DNA of 49,430 nt from Verrucomicrobiota bacterium (GTDB lineage Bacteria > Verrucomicrobiota > Verrucomicrobiia > Limisphaerales > SXQI01). The position numbers and the translations under genes are program-made. Numbering within the stretch: position 1 is the stretch's first letter; each line of letters opens with the position of its first letter. The notes under the pieces were generated by a model. The model did no database searches. It was not told the DNA's origin and saw only the letters and a list, made by a program, of their open reading frames with translations. Shown piece by piece: positions 18,314 to 26,054 of the stretch. The DNA lies in contig JANRLX010000054.1 of assembly GCA_033762115.1 (NCBI GenBank), forward strand, positions 1 to 49,430, read 5' to 3'.

Positions 18314-20344
18314 ATGCATGGGATCGGATTTTTGCAGGATTTGGCGGTGGTAATGATTGTTGCCGGACTGGTGACAATCATTTGCCATCGTTTTCGTCAA
18401 CCAGTGGTTCTCGGTTACATTTTGGCCGGCGTTATTATCGGGCCGCACACGCCGCCATTTCCCTTGATCCAGGAGATGGAGGCGATTCATACGCTGGCAG
18501 AGCTGGGAGTGGTGTTCCTGATGTTTTCACTTGGCCTGGAGTTCAGCCTTAAAAAACTTCAACGGGTGGGGATGACCGCGTTGATCGGGGCGACGCTGGA
18601 AATCCTGCTGATGTTCTTTCTCGGCTACCAAATCGGGCTGCTTTTCGGATGGAACCGGATGGACAGCATTTTTCTCGGCGCGATGCTTTCGATTTCCTCG
18701 ACGACAATCATTGTCAAGGCATTGGCCGAACTTGGGAAGAGCAAGGAGCCGTTCGCGAACCTGATTTTTGGAATCCTGGTGGTGGAGGACATCCTTGCAA
18801 TTGTCATGATAGCGCTCCTCTCCGGCATCGCAATGACCGGAACGTTGAACTCCGGGCAGGTGGCTGAGACTGTCGGGCGGCTGCTTGTGTTTTTGGCAAC
18901 GACGCTGGTGGTGGGGCTGATCACGTTGCCTCGGCTGATCCGGTATGTGGCGCGGTTCAAAAGCAATGAGATGCTCCTGATCACGGTGCTGGGCCTTTGT
19001 TTCGGAGTATCGCTGCTGGCGGTAAAACTTGGCTACAGCGTCGCGCTGGGAGCGTTCCTGATCGGTGCGATCATCGCGGAATCACGCGACATCGGGAAAA
19101 TCGAGGGATTGATGGAACCGGTGCAGCATCTTTTCAGCGCGGTATTTTTCGTGGCGATTGGCCTGTTGATCCAGCCGAAGCTGCTGCTGGAGTATGCGGT
19201 CCCAATCGTCGTCATCACAGTGACAGTGATCGTGGGAAAAGTATTTACATGTGCTTTGGGGACATTTGTGGCCGGGCATGACACCAGAACCTCGTTGAAG
19301 GTGGGGATGGGGCTTGCCCAGATCGGGGAATTTTCATTCATCATCGCCTCGCTGGGTCTTTCCCTCAAGGTCACGAGCGAATTTCTCTATCCGATCGCGG
19401 TGACTGTTTCCGCCATCACCACACTTTTTACCCCTTACCTGATTCGAAGCGCTGATGCGCTGGTCAATCTTTTTGATCGAAAAGCGCCGAGGGCACTGGT
19501 GAAGAACATGGAAATCTATACCCATTGGGTGGGGCAACTTGGAGGGGACAAACGGCAGGACTTTGCCGCTCGATTAATCAAAAAATGGCTCTTTCAAATC
19601 TTGCTGAACGTGACATTGATGTCAGGAATTCTGATTACTGCGGGCTATTTCGCGCAACGTCCACCAGCCTGGCTGCCAAAATTTTTCCACGGCGAAGGGA
19701 ACCGGACCATCCTATGGCTGACGGCAGCTGTCCTGACCTTGCCGTTCTTTATTGCCAATTATCGAAAGTTGCAGGCGCTGGGCATGCTGCTGGCTGATTT
19801 GAAAATCACCCGGACAATCGAGACCTCACGCAAAGCCGCTGTCCAGGCAATCATCGCGCAGGTGGTGGCCCTTACAGGGACGATTGGCATGGCGTTACTG
19901 GCGCTGTTGTTAAGCTCGGCATTGTTGCCTCCGGTGAAAATTTTAATTGCTTTGCTCTTTGTGCTTGGGCTGGTGGCCTGGATATTATGGCGGAATTTTG
20001 TAAAACTTTACTCCAAAGCCCAGGTTGCGTTGCAGGAAACTTTGGCGGAAAAACCTGCCCATGTCCAAGAACCGCCCTTGCCGAGCATTTTACGCGAGGC
20101 GAAACTGGAAACGCTTCATGTGGAGCCTGGCGCGCTGGTGGCTGGCAAATTGATTCGTGAAGTCCAATTGCGGACACGCACGGGCGCCAGTGTCGTTGGC
20201 ATCCAGAGGCCCACGAGCAATATCATCAATCCGGGTCCGGACGAGGAGTTGCTCGCGGGAGATGAGGTCCTGCTGCTGGGGAGGGAGGAGCAGCTCGAGT
20301 CTGCCCGCCCCCTGTTCCAGCTGTCTTCAGCACGATCAGCTTAA
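18314..20344 (+). CDS. CPA2-family cation:proton antiporter with C-terminal TrkA-C (RCK_C) domain
   Basis: LSISSTTII, GILVVEDI and GLAQIGEFSF motifs; C-terminal 'LRTRTGASVVGIQR...NPGPDEEL'. Confidence 0.92.
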   Translation: MHGIGFLQDLAVVMIVAGLVTIICHRFRQPVVLGYILAGVIIGPHTPPFPLIQEMEAIHTLAELGVVFLMFSLGLEFSLKKLQRVGMTALIGATLEILLMFFLGYQIGLLFGWNRMDSIFLGAMLSISSTTIIVKALAELGKSKEPFANLIFGILVVEDILAIVMIALLSGIAMTGTLNSGQVAETVGRLLVFLATTLVVGLITLPRLIRYVARFKSNEMLLITVLGLCFGVSLLAVKLGYSVALGAFLIGAIIAESRDIGKIEGLMEPVQHLFSAVFFVAIGLLIQPKLLLEYAVPIVVITVTVIVGKVFTCALGTFVAGHDTRTSLKVGMGLAQIGEFSFIIASLGLSLKVTSEFLYPIAVTVSAITTLFTPYLIRSADALVNLFDRKAPRALVKNMEIYTHWVGQLGGDKRQDFAARLIKKWLFQILLNVTLMSGILITAGYFAQRPPAWLPKFFHGEGNRTILWLTAAVLTLPFFIANYRKLQALGMLLADLKITRTIETSRKAAVQAIIAQVVALTGTIGMALLALLLSSALLPPVKILIALLFVLGLVAWILWRNFVKLYSKAQVALQETLAEKPAHVQEPPLPSILREAKLETLHVEPGALVAGKLIREVQLRTRTGASVVGIQRPTSNIINPGPDEELLAGDEVLLLGREEQLESARPLFQLSSARSA

Positions 20345-21100
20345 ACCACCCGCGATCAGCAATGTTTCCCCGGTGATCCATGCCGAATCCGAGGAAGCCA
20401 GAAAAACGACGGCGGTTGCAATGTCCTGCGGCTGCCCGATTCGTCCCAGAGGGGTCATTCCTTCGATCTGTTTTCGGAAGTCGCCCTGGGTGAATCCACC
20501 GGCATGCGCTCCTTCCGTTTCAACCATTCCGGGGCGCACCGCGTTCACCCGGATTTTGCGTGCTCCCAGTTCCTTTGCAAGGGAACCGGTCACCGCATCA
20601 ATCGCAGCTTTGGTGGCGCTGTAAACGGAGCCGTTCGGCGGTGTCCATGTGCTCACGAGAGAGCTGAGATTGATGATGCTGCCTCCTTGCGGATTAAAAT
20701 ATTTCAACGCCTCCTGGATAGTGAGAAGAACCCCGAGCACGTTGATGTTGAACTGACGGTGAAAATGGTCTTCGGTGACCTGCTCGATTGGGGAAAATTC
20801 AAAAATACCGGCGTTATTCACCAGCACATCAACTTGTCCAAAGGCTTTTTTCGTTTCAGCAAAAAGCCGTTCGACATCCGCTTTTTTGGAAACGTCTGCC
20901 TGGACTGCGACAGCAGAGCCGCCGGAAGCCATGATTTCACTGACGACCTTGTCCGCGCCCGATCGGCTTGAGGCATAATTGACGATGACGGAAGCGCCTT
21001 CTGCAGCGAGGTGTTTTGCGATGGAGGCGCCGATCCCTTTTGAAGCGCCTGTGACGACAGCGACTTTGCCGCTGAGTTTTTTGTTCGTATTGATGTTCAT
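20336..21100 (-). CDS. Short-chain dehydrogenase/reductase (SDR)
   Basis: TGASKGIG, NNAG and YSATK motifs. ATG at 21100 is preferred. Confidence 0.93.
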   Translation of the reverse strand: MNINTNKKLSGKVAVVTGASKGIGASIAKHLAAEGASVIVNYASSRSGADKVVSEIMASGGSAVAVQADVSKKADVERLFAETKKAFGQVDVLVNNAGIFEFSPIEQVTEDHFHRQFNINVLGVLLTIQEALKYFNPQGGSIINLSSLVSTWTPPNGSVYSATKAAIDAVTGSLAKELGARKIRVNAVRPGMVETEGAHAGGFTQGDFRKQIEGMTPLGRIGQPQDIATAVVFLASSDSAWITGETLLIAGGLS

Positions 21101-21119
21101 ATGATTTGGTTCCTGGTTG

Positions 21120-21144
21120 AATTGTGACCGTAATGGTAACAATT
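21120..21144. promoter_or_regulatory. Second copy of the Rrf2 operator, upstream of the SDR gene
   Basis: AATTGTGACC-GTAAT-GGTAACAATT, same geometry as 21576-21600. Confidence 0.7.
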
Positions 21145-21156
21145 AAATTTAAAAAT

Positions 21157-21573
21157 TTACTTTTTCACCTCTGAAATAATTTCCGCCAGGCTGATCCTGA
21201 CGAGGCTTTTCTCCATCGCTCCCTGGGTTTGTTGCAATGCCTTGTTCAAGGCGGCCTTGATGTTGCAACTGACCGCGCATTGCTTGTTCACGTTGTAATC
21301 GTGGATGGCGAAGACCTGGGGTGCTTCCACTGCGTTGTAGATATCGAGCAGGGAAATTTTCTCGGGGTCCCTCGCCAGCCAGCAGGCACCAGCCTTTCCT
21401 GTGGCCGTTTCAACGAGGCCTGCCCTGGAAAGTTTTGCGAGAATGCGCCGGACAAAGCTTGGGCTTGCATTGACACTCATGGCTAGAAGGGCGGAGGTGG
21501 TCTCCTGCTCACAGCGGTAGCCGAGGCTCGCCATGAGATGAACCGCGATGGAGAATTGAGTATTAACAGCCAT
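21157..21573 (-). CDS. Rrf2-family transcriptional regulator (HypR/SaiR-like)
   Basis: NTQFSIAVH, VRRILAKLSRAGLV and ISLLDIY motifs; C-terminal CAVSC. Confidence 0.9.
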   Translation of the reverse strand: MAVNTQFSIAVHLMASLGYRCEQETTSALLAMSVNASPSFVRRILAKLSRAGLVETATGKAGACWLARDPEKISLLDIYNAVEAPQVFAIHDYNVNKQCAVSCNIKAALNKALQQTQGAMEKSLVRISLAEIISEVKK

Positions 21574-21603
21574 TAAATTGTTACTAAATTAGTAACAATT
21601 TAA
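21573..21603. promoter_or_regulatory. Rrf2 autoregulatory operator
   Basis: Perfect 14-3-14 inverted repeat TTAAATTGTTACTA-AAT-TAGTAACAATTTAA abutting the start codon. Confidence 0.8.
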
Positions 21604-21684
21604 AAACAGGCAAGGATTTTTTTGCCGACTTAAATTATCAACCATCAAACTGAAAAACCTGCGATGTCATTCCTGGGGAACCGC

Positions 21685-21909
21685 TCAATGCACACGCCAA
21701 GTGATGCGGGCCTTGTTCAAATCATAGGGGGACATTTCCATTTTCACCCGGTCGCCAGTGGTGATCCGGACCCAACGTTTCCTCATTTTGCCGCAGATAG
21801 TTGCCAGAACCATGTGCTTGTTGTCCAGTTGGACGCGAAACATGGTTCCCGCCAGGACTGCCGAAACCACACCTTCCACTTCAATATGATCTTCTCGTGC
21901 TTCGCTCAT
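21685..21909 (-). CDS. infA: Translation initiation factor IF-1
   Basis: IEVEGVV, GKMRK and GDRVKMEMSPYDL motifs. Confidence 0.95.
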   Translation of the reverse strand: MSEAREDHIEVEGVVSAVLAGTMFRVQLDNKHMVLATICGKMRKRWVRITTGDRVKMEMSPYDLNKARITWRVH

Positions 21910-21944
21910 TCAATCTTTCGTTGCTTCCCCGTATCAGGCTATTG

Positions 21945-21982
21945 AAAAAAAATGCGAGGCCGGGCTTTCCCGAACCTCGCAT
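21945..21982 (-). terminator. Intrinsic terminator between the RRM gene and infA
   Basis: Minus strand reads ATGCGAGG-TTCGGGAAAGCCCGG-CCTCGCAT followed by a T run. Confidence 0.75.
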
Positions 21983-21998
21983 GATATAAAAACGGTTA

Positions 21999-22334
21999 TT
22001 AGTAGCGGCTGTTGCGCTGACTACCGCCACCACCGTAGGAACGGCGTTCGCCCCCACGGCTTCCGCCACCGCCGCCGGACCGTTCTTCACGCGGGCGGGC
22101 AAGATTGACGGTAAGATCGCGTCCATCCAGGTTGCTGCCGTTGAGGGCAGAGATGGCATTCTGAGCTTCTTCCTGGCTGCTCATGGTGATGAAACCAAAA
22201 CCGCGCGGGCGGCCTGTGGTGCGATCCATCATCAGGTTTGTTTCAAGGACCGTGCCGTGCGCGGCAAAAGCGTCCTGAAGATCGTTTTCAGTAGTGTTGA
22301 AGGAAAGATTTCCAACAAATAATTTATGACTCAT
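21999..22334 (-). CDS. RRM RNA-binding protein with Gly/Arg-rich tail
   Basis: RNP2 KLFVGNL and RNP1 RGFGFI motifs. Confidence 0.95.
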   Translation of the reverse strand: MSHKLFVGNLSFNTTENDLQDAFAAHGTVLETNLMMDRTTGRPRGFGFITMSSQEEAQNAISALNGSNLDGRDLTVNLARPREERSGGGGGSRGGERRSYGGGGSQRNSRY

Positions 22335-22578
22335 GTTTGTGATGTACTCCTAGACCAACCTTATCTTCCAGACTGTTCCCGACTACCGGATTTCGAATCA
22401 TCACTGAACTGAGTTCACCTGAGATTTCCCATGCCTTGAAAGTGACAAGCTATCTAACAGAACTGCGGATACTCTCGCAGAATCCAGAATTATGGCAACA
22501 GGTTACTGGAAATATTTTCAGGTCGCCAAAAATCATTCCTTGTGTCAGGAAAATCAAAGTTGAGCCGATAAGGAACTA

Positions 22579-23898
22579 ATGAAAGGATTTGCCTGGTCTT
22601 TTATTGCATTGTCATTGTGCCATTCCATCGTGGAAACGCGGGGAGAAGGTATTTATCGAAAGGGTGCAAGCGCTCGTTCTATGGCCCTGGGCGGCACTGA
22701 TGTGGCTTCCCCTGAGGGGCCTCTGGACGCGATTTTTTCCAATCCCGCAGGGCTTTCATTGATCGCATCCCCTACCTTGCAACTTGGTGTGTCCGGTGCG
22801 TTTGCACAGGGTGAGTTCAGCAATTCCGTCAATAATGGGCGGGGGATCGATGAACAGTTTCAACTGGTTCCACAGGCCGCCTTTGGAATGAATTTTGGCA
22901 AAGCATCCCTGACGCTTGGGGTGGTGCCTGAGACCGCCCTTGAAGCCGACTGGGTTTACAATGATGCGCCGGGAGTGGCCGGGGCGACCTATGGAGAACA
23001 GCGGCATCGCTCCTCCTTCCTGGGATTGAAAGCATCCGTGGCTGGGAGTGTGGAATTTTGTGAAGCCTTTTCCGTGGGGGCTTCCTTCGGCGCTCTTTAC
23101 AATCGAAACGAACTTGAAGTGCCGTATGTTTTTCAGAGCCATCCGGCATTGGCAGGGCTCAAAACATTACTGGACCTGGAAACGGAAGGGTGGGGTTACG
23201 GAGGCTCGCTGGGGATGTTGATTAGGCCGCTGGAAGCAGTCCAGATTGGATTTTCCTATCAATTGCGCACCAGCGTCAGGAGCGAAGGGGATGCGAACGG
23301 AAATATTGGCGCGCAATTGCAGGCCCTTGGTGGCGCAGCCGCGGGGTTTCGCCCGGATTTTCATTATGACGCGGAGGTGGACACAGCATTTCCGCAAATT
23401 GTCAAAGGTGGCATTGCCTGGACCATTCATCCGCAACTGCGTTCCCAATTCCAGGTGGAATGGGTGAACTGGAGTGATTCATTTGATGACCTGCCGGTTC
23501 ATTTGACTGGCGGCAACAACACGGACATCAATGGTTTTTTGGGCAGGGACGGGATCGAGGACAATGTGCCGCTGAATTGGAAAGACCGGATGGTTTATCG
23601 CGCGGGGTTGGAATACTCTGTTTGCGAAGGTTTCGATTTACGGGCGGGTTATGCTTATGGAAAAAGTCCCGTGCCGGATGAAACATTGACTCCCCTGACC
23701 GCGGTAATCACCGAACACACAATTTCCGGGGGATTTGGTGTCAAGTGGAGCCGTTACGCAGTGGATTTTGCTTATCAATATGAATTGCCGGAAGAACGAA
23801 CTGTGGGTAACAGCGGCCTTCGTTCAGGAGAATATTCCAACAGCAGGACTGAAATAGGAATTCATTGGGTTGGGTTGACCACGACGGTCAGGTTCTGA
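22579..23898 (+). CDS. FadL/OmpP1/TodX-family outer-membrane channel
   Basis: Signal peptide; ARSMALGG and NPAGL motifs; amphipathic beta strands; terminal Phe. Confidence 0.85.
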   Translation: MKGFAWSFIALSLCHSIVETRGEGIYRKGASARSMALGGTDVASPEGPLDAIFSNPAGLSLIASPTLQLGVSGAFAQGEFSNSVNNGRGIDEQFQLVPQAAFGMNFGKASLTLGVVPETALEADWVYNDAPGVAGATYGEQRHRSSFLGLKASVAGSVEFCEAFSVGASFGALYNRNELEVPYVFQSHPALAGLKTLLDLETEGWGYGGSLGMLIRPLEAVQIGFSYQLRTSVRSEGDANGNIGAQLQALGGAAAGFRPDFHYDAEVDTAFPQIVKGGIAWTIHPQLRSQFQVEWVNWSDSFDDLPVHLTGGNNTDINGFLGRDGIEDNVPLNWKDRMVYRAGLEYSVCEGFDLRAGYAYGKSPVPDETLTPLTAVITEHTISGGFGVKWSRYAVDFAYQYELPEERTVGNSGLRSGEYSNSRTEIGIHWVGLTTTVRF

Positions 23899-23933
23899 TT
23901 GTGGATAACTTTCCGGCGTTTCGAGGCAGGAAG

Positions 23934-23947
23934 CCGTAGATTTACGG
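23934..23947. promoter_or_regulatory. GTA-N4-TAC box 1
   Basis: CCGTA-GATT-TACGG, upstream of the ORF at 23986. Confidence 0.6.
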
Positions 23948-23985
23948 ATTTGAAACGTGGTCAGGGTGTTGAACAGTGACCATGC

Positions 23986-24219
23986 ATGAGCGCCTCGTCA
24001 TCAACTGATCCAGCGTATCTTTGCCATTGGAACAGGATCCGTTTTCTCAGCATTCAAAAATGCAATTTGGAAATCCTGATGAACGATGGTCGCCGGATCG
24101 ATTGCGAATTCCAGACGAGTGAATTACTCGATGATGCCTTCTCGAAACTTTTTTGCGCTCAGGACAAAACCGAGTCCCAGGAAGATCAAGCGGAGATGAT
24201 CTGGTTGCGGATGGCGTAA
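23986..24219 (+). CDS. Hypothetical small protein
   Basis: 77-aa ATG ORF downstream of box 1; overlaps the 3' end of the response regulator by 34 nt. Confidence 0.35.
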   Translation: MSASSSTDPAYLCHWNRIRFLSIQKCNLEILMNDGRRIDCEFQTSELLDDAFSKLFCAQDKTESQEDQAEMIWLRMA

Positions 24220-24845
24220 CGGACAAGGTCGGTTTGAGTTTTCAGTCCCAGCTTTCTCATCAGGCTGCTGCGATGACTTTCAGCTGTTCGGGGGCTGATG
24301 AAAAGCCTCTTTCCAATTTGCGCGCTGGTCAGGCCTTCAGCAGCCATTTCCAGGATGGTGCGTTCCCTGCGGGTGAGGGGATCCTTGTCCGCCACTTTCT
24401 CCCCACCGATTAAAGTACGCAGGGAAGTGTGAATTACGTTTTGACGCAGTGCGGCGCTGAGGAATTGCCCGCCTGATGAAACTCTTTTGATCGCTTCAAG
24501 GAGGTCTGACGCGGGGGAGTCTTTCAGCACATACCCAGCCACTCCATGCCGGAGCGCTTCGATGACGTAAGACTGCTCGGCGTGCATGGAAACAACAATG
24601 GTCCGGGTTTGGCGTTCCCGTTTTAACTGCTTTACCAGGTCAAGGCCATGCATGCGGGGCAGGCGCAGGTCAAGCAACAGGATGTCCGGTTTTAATTTTG
24701 CGACCAGTTCCATCGCCTGGATTCCATCCCCGGCCTCTCCCACCAGCAGTAGAGAGGAATCACCCTGGAGCAATGTCTTGAAAGCCTGGCGCACCATCAG
24801 GTGATCTTCGGCAATCAGAATGGAAGTGGCCATGATGTTAATCAT
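24186..24845 (-). CDS. NarL/LuxR-family response regulator
   Basis: REC domain (AEDH, LLDLRLP, YVLK) plus LuxR HTH (LTRRE...ISPRTAESHR). Start at 24845 or 24833. Confidence 0.95.
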   Translation of the reverse strand: MINIMATSILIAEDHLMVRQAFKTLLQGDSSLLLVGEAGDGIQAMELVAKLKPDILLLDLRLPRMHGLDLVKQLKRERQTRTIVVSMHAEQSYVIEALRHGVAGYVLKDSPASDLLEAIKRVSSGGQFLSAALRQNVIHTSLRTLIGGEKVADKDPLTRRERTILEMAAEGLTSAQIGKRLFISPRTAESHRSSLMRKLGLKTQTDLVRYAIRNQIISA

Positions 24846-24871
24846 TTAGCCCACGTGAATCGAAAGGCAAA

Positions 24872-24887
24872 TCCGTAATAGTACGGA
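24872..24887. promoter_or_regulatory. GTA-N4-TAC box 2
   Basis: Perfect TCCGTA-ATAG-TACGGA, directly upstream of the response regulator. Confidence 0.7.
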
Positions 24888-24893
24888 GAGACT

Positions 24894-26054
24894 TCAGGAA
24901 TTCTCCTGATTTTCGGGAAAAGGAAAAAACACCACAATCCGCGTGCCTTTATGGACACTCGACTTGACATCAAAGGAAGCTCCCACCAAATAGGCGCGTT
25001 CTCTCAGGCCGCAAAGACCGAAGGTGCCTCCCTCGATTTTTTTTTGGAAATCGAACCCACGACCACGGTCGATGACGCTCAGCTTCACCCCCATGGACCG
25101 CCTGGATAATTTCACACTGACCGATTTTGTTCCGGAATGTTTGGCGGCATTGGTGAGAGTTTCCTGGGTGATTCGCAGGATGGCGATTTGTTGGGCAGGA
25201 GTGAATTCCTTCTCATTGACCCCCCTCCATGTAAAAAAGACCCGGATTCGGGTGCGGTGCTGGTAAGTGGAAAAGTAGGAATCCAACGCCGCTTTCAATC
25301 CCAGGTCATCCAGGAGGGAGGGACGCATCTCCCATGAAATCCGCCGGACCTGTGTGAACAGTTCGGCCAGAATCGCCGTGGCATCAGCCAGGTCGGGGGA
25401 TGTTGGAGATGGGAGGCTTTGAGTCATGCGCTCCAACGCTGCCTTCAAGGCAGTCAAGGTTTGTCCCACCTCATCATGCAATTCCCGAGCGAGGCGTCGC
25501 CGTTCATACTCCTGCAATTCCATCATGCGGGAGCTGAGCATCCGCAATCGGGCATTGGCTTCCGTCAGTTCGGCTGTCCGTTCCTCCACCGCCTGCTCCA
25601 GCATGCAGCTGGATTTTTTCAGGGTCACTGCCTCTGGAGTGTTCATCTGGTTAACCTTCCCAACCATCAACCAGCAACAGATGACATCCTCTCCCTGGAT
25701 CCACTGCAACTGGCTGAAGCAGGTGATTGGGAGGTCCTCCTTATCGGATTGCTTCAAGAACAGATTCACTTCCGAGCAGTCCTCGGAGCGCCGGGTTGTT
25801 CTCAGGTGTTGAAGGAAAGCGAGAAGGCTTTGAGGGGACAAAAAGAAAAGGAAGGGATAATCAAGCAGCTGGTGAGGTTTCCGTTTCAATAAATCAAGAA
25901 AGGCCTGATTGAAGTCGATGATAGTTCCTTTGATATTCAGGCAGAGCAGAGGAAAAGGGAGCAGGTCAATAACCTCCCTGGGAAACAGGGAAAGCCTCGA
26001 TTTCGAAAAGTTTCGCCGGGGGTGTGGAGAGAACTTCGGGTTGAGTGGTTTCAA
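24894..26054 (-). CDS. Cytoplasmic PAS / HisKA_3 histidine kinase
   Basis: ARELHDEVGQ H-box, QETLTNAAKH, DRGRGF and GLCGLRER motifs; TTGA overlap with the upstream stop. Confidence 0.92.
   Translation of the reverse strand: MKPLNPKFSPHPRRNFSKSRLSLFPREVIDLLPFPLLCLNIKGTIIDFNQAFLDLLKRKPHQLLDYPFLFFLSPQSLLAFLQHLRTTRRSEDCSEVNLFLKQSDKEDLPITCFSQLQWIQGEDVICCWLMVGKVNQMNTPEAVTLKKSSCMLEQAVEERTAELTEANARLRMLSSRMMELQEYERRRLARELHDEVGQTLTALKAALERMTQSLPSPTSPDLADATAILAELFTQVRRISWEMRPSLLDDLGLKAALDSYFSTYQHRTRIRVFFTWRGVNEKEFTPAQQIAILRITQETLTNAAKHSGTKSVSVKLSRRSMGVKLSVIDRGRGFDFQKKIEGGTFGLCGLRERAYLVGASFDVKSSVHKGTRIVVFFPFPENQENS

Noticed and set aside
23900..23908. Perfect DnaA box TGTGGATAA
   Set aside because: No cluster of boxes, no dnaA/dnaN and no unwinding element; skew polarity is terminus-like rather than origin-like.
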